A stretch of 64,000 nt of DNA from an uncultured Verrucomicrobiota bacterium (lineage in GTDB: Bacteria; Verrucomicrobiota; Verrucomicrobiia; Limisphaerales; UBA9464), in contig CAIWVP010000175.1 in assembly GCA_903916195.1 (NCBI GenBank), forward strand, positions 19,756 through 83,755, given 5' to 3'. The translations under genes and the position numbers were made by a program. Under the pieces are notes generated by a model that saw only the letters and a list, made by a program, of their open reading frames with translations, made no database searches and was not told the origin of the DNA. Numbering within the stretch: the stretch's first letter is position 1; each line of letters starts with the position of its first letter. Positions 31,012 to 39,886 of this stretch are shown piece after piece.

Positions 31012-31944
31012 TCAGCGGCCGTTCTTCCGGTTCCTCAGGCCGTCCGCGACGACCGCGAGCAGGATGACCGCGCCTTGGATGGCCTTGTCCCAATACGGTT
31101 TCACGCCGATGTAGGTGAGCGCGGGCGTGATGCATGCGAGCAGGAGGAATCCGACGAGCACGCCGCCGAGATTCCCTCGTCCGCCCGATACCGCGACGCC
31201 GCCCACGACCGCGGCCGCGATCGCCTCCAGCTCGAGCATCCGGCCGGTGTTCGGATCGACCTGCGGCGATTGGACGACGTTCATCACCGCGGCCAGTCCG
31301 GTGAGAGCACCCATCAGAACGAACACGACGAACGTGATGAGCCTCGGTCGGATCCCTGCGAGACGCGCCGCCTCGGCGTCGGATCCGACCGCGTACACGG
31401 CCCGGCCGATGGCCAGATGGCGCATCACCGCCGCCATCGCCGCGAGAACGGTGAGCGCGATGCCGCAGACCAGATATTGGCCGCCTATCATCGGTAGACC
31501 GATCCACTGGAGCCCATCGGGCAGATCGATGAAGACGCCTTGTCGCGCGAGCCGCAGCCCTTCGCGCAACGTCACCATCGTCGCCAATGTCACGACGATC
31601 GATGGCAGCCGAAGACCGGCCACGAGCACGCCGTTCAAGGCGCCTCCGATCGCTCCTGCCGCGATCGCCGAGGCGATCGCCAGCGGGACAGGCATCTTCG
31701 CCGCGGCCAGCAGGCCGCAGACGACGCTGCAGACGGCGAAAAGTGATCCGACCGAGATGTCGATCTGCCGGCTGATCATGACCATCGCGATTCCGCAGGC
31801 CACGACCAGCTTCGGTGCGGCCGCGGTGAGCCTCGACAACAACGGCTGCGGTGCGAAGAAATCCGGCGCGAAGACGCCCAGCAACGCGAGCACGGACAGC
31901 AGCACGCCCAAGACCGAGAACTCGCGGAAATGACGCTTCAGCAC
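31012..31944 (-). CDS. rhaP: sugar ABC transporter permease
   Basis: Multi-TM protein. GTG start at 31944 (VLKRHFREFSVLGVLL) overlaps the upstream ATPase stop by 7 nt. The N-terminal extension in the track ORF is Arg-rich junk. Confidence 0.6.
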   Translation of the reverse strand: MLKRHFREFSVLGVLLSVLALLGVFAPDFFAPQPLLSRLTAAAPKLVVACGIAMVMISRQIDISVGSLFAVCSVVCGLLAAAKMPVPLAIASAIAAGAIGGALNGVLVAGLRLPSIVVTLATMVTLREGLRLARQGVFIDLPDGLQWIGLPMIGGQYLVCGIALTVLAAMAAVMRHLAIGRAVYAVGSDAEAARLAGIRPRLITFVVFVLMGALTGLAAVMNVVQSPQVDPNTGRMLELEAIAAAVVGGVAVSGGRGNLGGVLVGFLLLACITPALTYIGVKPYWDKAIQGAVILLAVVADGLRNRKNGR

Positions 31945-33500
31945 GGCGCCCCCTCCTTCGCGCCGGTGCCGGCGCCGACCGCTTGTCCCAACGCCGCTGC
32001 CATCACCGTGCGCGCGTCGCTGCCGCCCGGGAAGAACGCGGTGATGGTCCCGCCCCTCATCACCGCGATCCGGTCGGCCATGCCAAGGACCTCGGGCAGG
32101 TCGCTGGAGATCAGCAGCACCGCCATCCCTTCGTCTGCGAGGCGGCGGATGATCTTGTGGATCTCGCTCTTCGCGCCGACATCCACGCCCTGGGTCGGTT
32201 CGTCCAAGATCAGGAGCCGCGGTCCGGTCGCCAGCCAACGTGCCAACGAGACCTTTTGCTGGTTGCCACCGGACAGCGAACCTCCAATCGCGTCGGGTCC
32301 GGACGCCTTCACACCGAGGTCGCTGATCTGCCGCTCAGCGAGCGAACGTTCCGCCATCGGACGCAGCCAGGTCCCGGGAAAGATCCGTTCGTGCACGGCC
32401 ATCGTCATGTTGTCCGCGATCGGCATCTCCAGGATCACGCCGTGGCGCCGCCGGTCCTCGGGCACGTACGCGATGCCGAGGGCCACCGCTTCTCGCGGAG
32501 ATCCGATGGTGACCGGCTTTCCAGCGAGCTCGATCTCGCCCGAATCGGCGGGCGTCAACCCGAAGAGGATACGCGCGAGCTCCGTGCGGCCCGCGCCGAT
32601 CAAGCCTGCCATCCCGACGATCTCGCCGGTCCCGACTTCGAGCGTGATGTCGCGGAGCCCCATCGATGAACATCCGAGACGTCGTACCGACAGCATCGTC
32701 GCGCCCGGCCGCGTCGAGGGCGGGGGATCAATCGATGCCACTTCGCGACCGACCATCAGCTGGATCAGCTCGTTTTCGGTGAGTGTGGGTCCGGACCGGT
32801 CCGGATCGGACCCTTCGGCGTTCCGGACGCCGCGGGTCCCGACGCTCTCTCCGTCGCGCAGGACCGTGACGCGGTCGGCGAGCGCGAAGATCTCCTCGAG
32901 CCGGTGGGAGATGTAGATGATCCCGACGCCGTCGGCACGGAGCCCCTGCACCACGCCGAAGAGGCGCTGCTGCTCCTCCCGGGTGAGCGAAGCGGTCGGT
33001 TCGTCCATGACGACGATCCGGGCACCGGCACCGAGGGCACAGGCGATCTCCACCAACTGTTGCTCCGGCATCGAGAGCGATCGGACCTCCGCATCGGGAT
33101 CGATCTCGGCTCCGACACGGCGCAACAGCTCCTCGGCGGTTTTTCGCCGGGCGCCCCATCGGACCCGGCCGAACGGCCCGAGAGCCTCGAGCCGGATCCC
33201 GATGTTTTCCGCCACCGTGAGGTCGGGGAACAGCGCCGGCTGCTGATAGATGCAGGCGATACCGAGGCGATGGGCTTCTCCGGGCGTGAGGGACGGGACC
33301 CGGTTGCCGCGGACCTCGATGGCGCCTTCATCGGGTTGATGAGCGCCGGTGATGACCTTGATCAGTGTCGATTTGCCGGCGCCGTTCTCGCCCAACAACG
33401 CATGCACCTCTCCGGCCCGCAGGTCGAACGAAACGCCTTTGAGCGCCCGGACGGCCCCGAAGGACTTGGTCACGGAAGTCAGTTGGAGCAGACAACTCAT
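31938..33500 (-). CDS. rhaT: sugar ABC transporter ATP-binding protein (two fused ABC domains)
   Basis: 520 aa. Walker A GENGAGKST, signature LSMPEQQ / LSGGNQQK, and a second nucleotide-binding domain. Confidence 0.75.
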   Translation of the reverse strand: MSCLLQLTSVTKSFGAVRALKGVSFDLRAGEVHALLGENGAGKSTLIKVITGAHQPDEGAIEVRGNRVPSLTPGEAHRLGIACIYQQPALFPDLTVAENIGIRLEALGPFGRVRWGARRKTAEELLRRVGAEIDPDAEVRSLSMPEQQLVEIACALGAGARIVVMDEPTASLTREEQQRLFGVVQGLRADGVGIIYISHRLEEIFALADRVTVLRDGESVGTRGVRNAEGSDPDRSGPTLTENELIQLMVGREVASIDPPPSTRPGATMLSVRRLGCSSMGLRDITLEVGTGEIVGMAGLIGAGRTELARILFGLTPADSGEIELAGKPVTIGSPREAVALGIAYVPEDRRRHGVILEMPIADNMTMAVHERIFPGTWLRPMAERSLAERQISDLGVKASGPDAIGGSLSGGNQQKVSLARWLATGPRLLILDEPTQGVDVGAKSEIHKIIRRLADEGMAVLLISSDLPEVLGMADRIAVMRGGTITAFFPGGSDARTVMAAALGQAVGAGTGAKEGAPC

Positions 33501-33640
33501 CAGGTTACCGGAGCTATCGAATCTTCTAAAAAGCCGTTTAAACCGTTAAAATATCGAATAATCGCAACATAAATTAACTCGATATCGATAACGTTGTAGA
33601 TATCGCAAACTAACTGACCTAGGTCATCCGTTGGACTTAC
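33501..33640. promoter_or_regulatory. AT-rich promoter/operator region of the rhamnose transport operon
   Basis: TATCGA/TATCGC hexamers at 33516, 33552, 33583 and 33602. A 10-bp palindrome TCGATATCGA at 33579-33588. Tandem CCGTTTAAA/CCGTTAAA at 33534-33550. Marked drop in GC. Confidence 0.35.
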
Positions 33641-33749
33641 CCGATTTCATGAGACCCGATTCTGTCCTGGTTTTCTCGGCTAAACCGGTGCCACGGGCCA
33701 AACGGGGTTTGTCTCTTGGATTCTACACCATGGCCGTCTTGGATTTCAA

Positions 33750-35714
33750 TCAACAGGAACCGCCGAGGGAATCATCCGTCCCTTCCTCAGGTCCGTGTCC
33801 GCCGTTGAGGTCGGTCTTGGATGCTTCATCCTGTTGTCGGAACCGCTTCATCCAAACCATGACCAGACCGATATCCGAGGGAGAGACTCCGGAGATCCGG
33901 GACGCTTGGCCCAGCGTCGTCGGCCGGATTTTCTCGAGCTTCTGCTTCGCTTCGACGCCCAAACTTTTGATCTCCGCGTAGGGGAATGCAGTGGGTATCT
34001 CCTGTTGTTCGAGGCTTCGGAACCTCACCAGTTCCTGCTCTTGCCGGTCCACATACCCGGCATATTTGGTGACGATCTCCACCTGCATCCCGACTTCCGG
34101 CGAGATGGATGCATCCCGACCCGGGAGGGTGGCGTAGCTGATTTCCGGACGTTTCAGTAGTTGGGAGAGAGAGTCGTACCCGATATGGGTGCTCTCCAGT
34201 CGCTTCAACTCGGCTGCGACGGCATCGCGTTTTGCGGCGAAGCGTCGATAGTTCCGCTCAGGTAAAAGGCCGATATCGGACCCGATTTGGCTGAGACGGA
34301 GATCAGCGTTGTCCTGCCGGAGGACCAACCGGTATTCCGCGCGGGACGTGAACATGCGATAGGGCTCCTGGGTGCCTTTGGTGACCAAGTCGTCGATCAA
34401 GACGCCGATGTAGGCCTGGTCGCGTCGGAAGACGACCGGCTCTCGCCCCTGTGCCTTTCGGGCAGCGTTGATGCCACCGATCAGCCCTTGCGCTCCGGCC
34501 TCTTCGTACCCAGACGTCCCGTTGATCTGCCCGGCCAAGAAAAGGCCGCGACAAACTTTCGTCTCCAAGCTCGGATACAACTGCGTCGGATGGCTGAAAT
34601 CGTATTCGACGGCGTAGGCGGGTCGCATGATCTCAGCTTGCTCGCATCCCACGATGCTCCGGACCATCTCGACTTGGACCTCGAACGGGAGGCAGGTGGA
34701 GAAGCCGTTGACGTAGATCTCGTCGGTGGCGATGCCCTCGGGTTCCAAGAAGATCTGGTGCTGCTCCTTCTCGGCGAAACGGACGAACTTGTCCTCGATG
34801 CTCGGGCAGTATCGGGGGCCTACCCCTTCGATGACGCCGGAATACATCGGCGATTTGTGGAGATTCGCCAGAATCAACTCCCGCGTCTTCGGCGTGGTGT
34901 GCGTCAGCCAGCAATCCGACTGTTTTCCCGCTTGGGCCAAAATCGAACCTGGTGGATAGCTGCCGGACGCCTCTCGGGAATGTTCCACGTGGAACATCGT
35001 GTCGTCCCACAAGTCGTCCTTCCAGTAGGTGAACCAAGGGACCGGCTCATCACCGGGTTGCGGTTCACACCGGGTGAAGTCGATCGACTGTTTCACCAAC
35101 CGCGGCGGCGTTCCGGTCTTGAGCCGACCCAATTCGAGTCCTAATTCCATCAGGGACGCCGAAAGGCCGGTCGCCGCGGCTTCGCCTGCCCTGCCCCCTG
35201 CCTGTTGGTTGGCACCGACGTGCATGAGGCCCCGGAGAAAGGTCCCGGTCGTGATCACGACGGTTTTGCTGAGGAACTGGACATCCAAGGTAGTTTCGAC
35301 CCCGACGATTTCCCCATCCCGATGCGATAATCGGACAATCTGCCCTTGTTTGCAGTCGAGGTTAGGTTGCCGTTCGCAGATCCACTTGAGGCGGAATTGG
35401 TAGGCCTTCTTGTCGCATTGAGCTCGGGGCGCCCAGACCGCTGGACCTTTCTTGGTGTTCAGCATCCGGAACTGCAGACCGCACATGTCGGTCGCCTTTC
35501 CCATCTCGCCGCCGAGCGCATCGATCTCTCGGGCGAGATGACCCTTGGCCAATCCGCCGATGGCCGGATTGCAAGACATCTGGCCGATGGTATCGAGGTT
35601 GATGGTCAGCAAAAGCGTCTGACAACCCATGCGTGCCGCTGCAAGCGCGGCTTCGACTCCGGCATGGCCGGCCCCCACGACGATGACATCGTAACACTTC
35701 GGATAGACAAACAT
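33750..35714 (-). CDS. mnmG: tRNA uridine-5-carboxymethylaminomethyl modification enzyme
   Basis: Reads YDVIVVGAGHAGVEAALAAARMG...NPAIGGLAKGHLAREIDALGG...GVIEGVGPRYCPSIEDK. Confidence 0.95.
   Translation of the reverse strand: MFVYPKCYDVIVVGAGHAGVEAALAAARMGCQTLLLTINLDTIGQMSCNPAIGGLAKGHLAREIDALGGEMGKATDMCGLQFRMLNTKKGPAVWAPRAQCDKKAYQFRLKWICERQPNLDCKQGQIVRLSHRDGEIVGVETTLDVQFLSKTVVITTGTFLRGLMHVGANQQAGGRAGEAAATGLSASLMELGLELGRLKTGTPPRLVKQSIDFTRCEPQPGDEPVPWFTYWKDDLWDDTMFHVEHSREASGSYPPGSILAQAGKQSDCWLTHTTPKTRELILANLHKSPMYSGVIEGVGPRYCPSIEDKFVRFAEKEQHQIFLEPEGIATDEIYVNGFSTCLPFEVQVEMVRSIVGCEQAEIMRPAYAVEYDFSHPTQLYPSLETKVCRGLFLAGQINGTSGYEEAGAQGLIGGINAARKAQGREPVVFRRDQAYIGVLIDDLVTKGTQEPYRMFTSRAEYRLVLRQDNADLRLSQIGSDIGLLPERNYRRFAAKRDAVAAELKRLESTHIGYDSLSQLLKRPEISYATLPGRDASISPEVGMQVEIVTKYAGYVDRQEQELVRFRSLEQQEIPTAFPYAEIKSLGVEAKQKLEKIRPTTLGQASRISGVSPSDIGLVMVWMKRFRQQDEASKTDLNGGHGPEEGTDDSLGGSC
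34981..34996. promoter_or_regulatory. parS site (perfect palindrome) inside the mnmG coding sequence
   Basis: TGTTCCACGTGGAACA is the GC-rich variant of the parS consensus TGTTNCACGTGNAACA. It encodes MFHVE within MnmG. Confidence 0.7.
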
Positions 35715-35774
35715 ACCTCACCCGCTGACGAGCGAGGCACATCGTGCGGTGAACAGGGTCTGCAAGCCAATCCT

Positions 35775-35790
35775 TGTTCCATGTGGAACA
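35775..35790. promoter_or_regulatory. parS-like site (15/16) upstream of mnmG
   Basis: TGTTCCATGTGGAACA lies in the 110-bp gap between mnmG and the upstream ORF. Confidence 0.6.
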
Positions 35791-35824
35791 TTCCGCAGTT
35801 CCGACGAGGGGCCGGACGCTGATG

Positions 35825-36205
35825 TCATCCGCGCCGAAGCAAGAGTGCTGCGCATCCGAGGCCGGACCCGATCAGCGTGAGAACGCCGGAGACCACCAAT
35901 GCGGCGACGCTTCCAGTCAACGGGCTGATGACCGCAACCCAAAACGACAGCGTCATCAGGACCGCATCCGCGCCCCAGAAGAACAGGGGCCATCTGTCGA
36001 CCCGCGGGGTGGAGCCGTTGACCTTGGTTGCGCTTTCCAGGGGAATTGCAGGGGATTTCTCCGTCGGTTCGACCCAGGGGATGTCCTTGATGGTCTCGCT
36101 CCGCATCACGAGACCGACTCCGCGGAGCGACGGACGAATCAGCGGCTTGCCGGCTGGTTCAGCCAGCAGACTTGTCAAACCTTTGCCCAGACCAGAAGCA
36201 GCCAT
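35825..36205 (-). CDS. hypothetical membrane protein with a ParB-like N-terminal peptide
   Basis: Begins MAASGLGKGLTSLLAEP if the ATG at 36205 is used. The C-terminal half has two hydrophobic helices. The track ORF extends to a GTG at 36361, so the start is uncertain. Confidence 0.45.
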   Translation of the reverse strand: MAASGLGKGLTSLLAEPAGKPLIRPSLRGVGLVMRSETIKDIPWVEPTEKSPAIPLESATKVNGSTPRVDRWPLFFWGADAVLMTLSFWVAVISPLTGSVAALVVSGVLTLIGSGLGCAALLLRRG

Positions 36206-36372
36206 TGCCAGGGCAGTCTTCGGCGTTCCTGTCGCGTGCTCAATCCTGAACTCGTCCAAGTTGTCCACAAGTTGCCGTTCAGCAGCCGTCTGCGGGTTGA
36301 GCCAAGAGGGGCGAGGGCAATTGCACGGTTGCCGGTAGATGCCTCGCACCGCTACCGTCACTCGGTCATCTT

Positions 36373-37512
36373 ATGGAAGTCACCCGAACCGCCTTCGGCA
36401 CCTGGAATGGTGGCCGCTTCATGCACTACGGTCAGCCGTTGGACGACGCTCGGTGGATCAGTTTGGCCCAACATGCCTACCGACAGGGTATCCGCACGTT
36501 CTTGACCGCCGATGTCTACGGAAACGGTGAAGCCGATACTTTGCTGGGAAAAGCGCTCTCCGGATTGCCGCGGGATTCTTTTTCGCTGGTCGGAGCCGTC
36601 GGTCACGATTTTTACAGCGCCAAACGGGACGGCGCGAAAGGGTTCCCTCGGTTCACCAATCCGCAGCTCCGGAGCCCGGGGGATTACGCCGATTATCTCC
36701 GCATGGCGACCGAGAAGTCCCTCGCTCGCTGCGGGATGAGCAAATTCGACCTGCTCTTCCTCCATAATCCGGATTCCTTAGGCTATACCGACGACCGCGT
36801 CTGGGAAGGGATGCAGAAGCTCGTGGATGCCGGTTTGACGGACCAACTTGGAATCGCTCCTGGGCCAGCCAACGGGTTCACCTTGGACATGATCCTTTGC
36901 TTCGAGCGCTTCGGAGCACTGATCGATTGGGCGATGGTCATCCTCAATCCATTCGAACCGTGGCCGGGCGGTCTTGCGCTGCCCGCGGCGGTCAAACACG
37001 ACATCAAGGTGCTGACTCGGGTTGTGGACTACGGCGGGATCTTCCACGACGACGTCCGCCCCGGGCATCAATTCGGCCAGAGCGACCACCGCTCGTTCCG
37101 ACCGGCCGGCTGGGTCGAATCCGGCAACACGAAGCTCGATCAGATCCGGCCTATCGCCAAGAGACACGGCCTGACTTCCCTCCAGCTTGCCTGTGCTTGG
37201 AACCTCAGCCAGCCCGCGGTCCGTAGTGTCGTGCCGACGCTCATCCAAGAGGTCGGCGATGAAGCCAAGACGATCCTTGCGAAGGTGGATGAATTGGCCG
37301 CATTGCCCGAGGTGACCTTCAGTGCGGAGGAGCTCGGTCTGTTCGCCCAGGTCGGTGACAACAAAGGATGCATGCACCTCAAGGGAGCAAGTCGTGGGCA
37401 TACCGCTGCATCGGTTGCCGACCAATGGGGCATCACCCCGGATCTTGAATCCGTTGGCCGCCGTTGGGGCATCGATCCCGATAGCGACCTTGCCTACAGT
37501 CACCCGGCTTGA
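36373..37512 (+). CDS. aldo/keto reductase
   Basis: Reads GIRTFLTADVYGNGEADTLLGKAL...FLHNPD...LGIAPGPANGF, a typical AKR pattern. Confidence 0.8.
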   Translation: MEVTRTAFGTWNGGRFMHYGQPLDDARWISLAQHAYRQGIRTFLTADVYGNGEADTLLGKALSGLPRDSFSLVGAVGHDFYSAKRDGAKGFPRFTNPQLRSPGDYADYLRMATEKSLARCGMSKFDLLFLHNPDSLGYTDDRVWEGMQKLVDAGLTDQLGIAPGPANGFTLDMILCFERFGALIDWAMVILNPFEPWPGGLALPAAVKHDIKVLTRVVDYGGIFHDDVRPGHQFGQSDHRSFRPAGWVESGNTKLDQIRPIAKRHGLTSLQLACAWNLSQPAVRSVVPTLIQEVGDEAKTILAKVDELAALPEVTFSAEELGLFAQVGDNKGCMHLKGASRGHTAASVADQWGITPDLESVGRRWGIDPDSDLAYSHPA

Positions 37513-37558
37513 TTTACCGAAGCATCCGATGCTTGTACGCCTCCTCCAACAAACGATA

Positions 37559-37594
37559 CATCATGTTGCATAAGAACATGATGCGTTATTTTCT
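37559..37594 (+). terminator. rho-independent terminator
   Basis: Arms CATCATGTT / AACATGATG with a 7-nt loop, followed by CGTTATTTTCT. It lies 47 nt after the AKR stop. Confidence 0.7.
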
Positions 37595-37814
37595 AGTTCG
37601 AGGAACGCCTGCCCGACCTCTCAGAGTCGGTCGGAATTCGGGGAGAACGGAAAAGAGGGTGTAAACACCTTCCCCGAAAATCAAAGCGCGCCAGATTGAA
37701 TCCTAGAGCGTCGTTTTTTGATACGTGTGCGTAGTTCAGGTGGGATGCAAGCCCGGGAAATCGCCCGGAGACCTCCCGGTTGCCGACGGGAATCGGGGGC
37801 TTAAACTTCAGCCG

Positions 37815-38324
37815 ATGTCCGCGACCGAAATCACCGGATTTGTCCTGACGCTTCTCGCCATGCTGGTCGGGTTGGCCGGAGCCGTTTTGCCCGGGTTACC
37901 GGGAACGCCATTGGTGTTCGCTGCCGCCATCGCTCACCGTCTCTACTTCGGCGACCAAGGTGCCGCGGGCTGGGTCTTGGTCGCGATCGGTCTGATGGCT
38001 GGCGTTTCCCTTCTGTTGGATTTCCTGGCGACGACCTACGGAGCGAAGAAGCTCGGGGCGACTTGGCGCGGGATGGTCGGGGCCGGCGTCGGCGCGATGC
38101 TCGGGCTTTTCTTTGCTCCGGTCGGACTTCTGCTTGGGCCATTGATCGGGGCCGTGGCAGCTGAGATGCTGGGGGGACGTGAATGGCGGGAGGCGGGGAA
38201 AGCGGGCATCGGGGCGACCCTCGGCGTGCTCGCCGGAACGCTCGGAAAGCTTGTGTGCTGCCTCGCGATGATCGGACTTTTCACTTTGCACGTCCTGTTG
38301 CGAGGCCTTTCGTCGGGGAACTGA
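37815..38324 (+). CDS. DUF456 family membrane protein
   Basis: Four Gly/Ala-rich TM helices. Contains LPGLPGTPLVF...YGAKKLGATWRG. Confidence 0.65.
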   Translation: MSATEITGFVLTLLAMLVGLAGAVLPGLPGTPLVFAAAIAHRLYFGDQGAAGWVLVAIGLMAGVSLLLDFLATTYGAKKLGATWRGMVGAGVGAMLGLFFAPVGLLLGPLIGAVAAEMLGGREWREAGKAGIGATLGVLAGTLGKLVCCLAMIGLFTLHVLLRGLSSGN

Positions 38325-38366
38325 GGCTTTACCTCGCACGGTCTTCTGGCAGGCTCTGAGGCCTAA

Positions 38367-38783
38367 ATGGAACGCACGCTTATCCTCTGCAAACCTGACT
38401 GTGTCTCCCGCAACCTCGTCGGCACGGTGCTCGATCGGTTTGAACGGGCGGGCCTCAGCATCGCCGCCACGAAGATGCTCCGCCTGACGCCGGCGCTGCT
38501 CACCGAGCACTATTCGCATCTCGCGGACCGTCCGTTCTTCCCGGAGATCGTGGCTTTCATGCAGTCGCAGCCGGTCGTCGCGGTCATCCTCTCCGGGGAC
38601 AACGCGGTCGCCACGGTTCGCGAACTGCTCGGACCCACCGATTCCCGCAAAGCGCCCAAGGGGACGCTCCGCGGCGATTTCGGTACCGGCAGCATGGAGA
38701 ACATCGCTCATGCATCCGATTCCGTGGAGAACGCCGAACTCGAGGTGAAGCGCTTCTTCCGCGCGGATGAGATCCCCGGCTGA
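38367..38783 (+). CDS. ndk: nucleoside diphosphate kinase
   Basis: Reads MERTLILCKPD...RPFF...GPTDSRKAPKGTLRGDFG...NIAHASDS (active-site His present). Confidence 0.9.
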   Translation: MERTLILCKPDCVSRNLVGTVLDRFERAGLSIAATKMLRLTPALLTEHYSHLADRPFFPEIVAFMQSQPVVAVILSGDNAVATVRELLGPTDSRKAPKGTLRGDFGTGSMENIAHASDSVENAELEVKRFFRADEIPG

Positions 38784-38800
38784 GCGGGTCTGTGCTGGCG

Positions 38801-38844
38801 AAAACAAAAAGGGGCGCGGCCACTGGCCGCGCCCTTTTTTGTTT
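38801..38844. terminator. bidirectional intrinsic terminator
   Basis: Reads AAAACAAAAAG-GGGCGCGGCC-act-GGCCGCGCCC-TTTTTTGTTT, between the convergent ndk and PPIase genes. Confidence 0.85.
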
Positions 38845-38869
38845 CCGGAACCGTTCCTCCGGGCCTGCG

Positions 38870-39856
38870 TCAGAAATAGCGGACGAACGCCTTCGAGCGG
38901 AGCTTGTTGATCCACTTTTTCCGTAGGCGCTCGCGTTCGACGCCCTTCAGGGTCGCCTCCACATCGTCCCGGACCTCGGTGAGCGGACGAACCCGCGCCT
39001 GTTCCCGGGCCTCGACTTTCAGGAGGAAGACCGCGCCATCGGTCTCGATGACCGGGCTCAGGTCGCCGATATTGGCATTGAACGCGAAATCGCGGAGCTC
39101 TTTGCGCAGGTCGCTGTCCTTGTTCTCGACCCAGCCTTGGTCGCCGCGGAGGCCGCCCTTGAAACGGCGCGCGTCGTCCGAGGACTCGTCGGCGAGCTTC
39201 CCGAAATCGGCGCCGGCCTTGGCCTTCGCCAAGACCTCATCGGCGATTTTCTTCGGCTCGCCCACGGCGTGGCGGCTCTTGTCGATCAGGATCATCCGGA
39301 CCTTGGCGCGATCGCCGACCCGGTACTTCTCCTGGTTCTCCGAGAAGAACCGCTCGATCTTTTTGGGCGAGATGACCAGGTTCTGGTTGATGTTCTTGAT
39401 GGTCATCTGGCTGACCACGAAGGCGTCGCGTTCGTCCTTGCGGAAGCTCTCGAAGGTCTGGTTGCGCTCGTGGAGCGTCTTCGTGAGCGTGAGGCGGTCG
39501 CCGAATTCTTCTTTGACCCGCGCGCTGACGACATCGTCGATGATCGACTCGGGCAGGTTGTATCCCGCGGTCTTGAACTCGTGGATGATCAGGTCGCGCT
39601 CGATGAGTTGTTCCAACCCGTCGCGCAGGACCGTCTGTCGACGCTGATCGAACTCCGCCGTCTTGCCCCGCGGCAAGAGCTGGTTCTCAAGCCCTTTGAT
39701 GGCACGGCGCGTGAAAAGGTTGACGTCGTCGAACGTGATCACCGACTCGTTCACGATGGCGGCGACGCCGTTCAACAACTCGGTCCCGGCAGCGCGTATC
39801 GGGAGCACGAAAGCCGCCGCCGCCAGCAGCGCGAGGACGAAGCGTTTCCAGTTCAT
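38870..39856 (-). CDS. SurA/PrsA-like periplasmic peptidyl-prolyl isomerase/chaperone
   Basis: Signal peptide MNWKRFVLALLAAAAFVLPIRA, a SurA-N-like region and a parvulin-like segment (VRMILIDK...ADFGKLADESSDD...GGLRGDQGWV). Confidence 0.7.
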   Translation of the reverse strand: MNWKRFVLALLAAAAFVLPIRAAGTELLNGVAAIVNESVITFDDVNLFTRRAIKGLENQLLPRGKTAEFDQRRQTVLRDGLEQLIERDLIIHEFKTAGYNLPESIIDDVVSARVKEEFGDRLTLTKTLHERNQTFESFRKDERDAFVVSQMTIKNINQNLVISPKKIERFFSENQEKYRVGDRAKVRMILIDKSRHAVGEPKKIADEVLAKAKAGADFGKLADESSDDARRFKGGLRGDQGWVENKDSDLRKELRDFAFNANIGDLSPVIETDGAVFLLKVEAREQARVRPLTEVRDDVEATLKGVERERLRKKWINKLRSKAFVRYF

Positions 39857-39886
39857 GGCGGCGGATCCTACCTCGACACGGGCCCG

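Noticed and set aside
37595-37814. A riboswitch or sRNA upstream of the DUF456-ndk genes
   Set aside because: Only short, weak hairpins are present (GGGGAG...TTCCCC, CCGAC...GTCGG) and I recognise no conserved motif. A promoter region following the AKR terminator is the simpler explanation.
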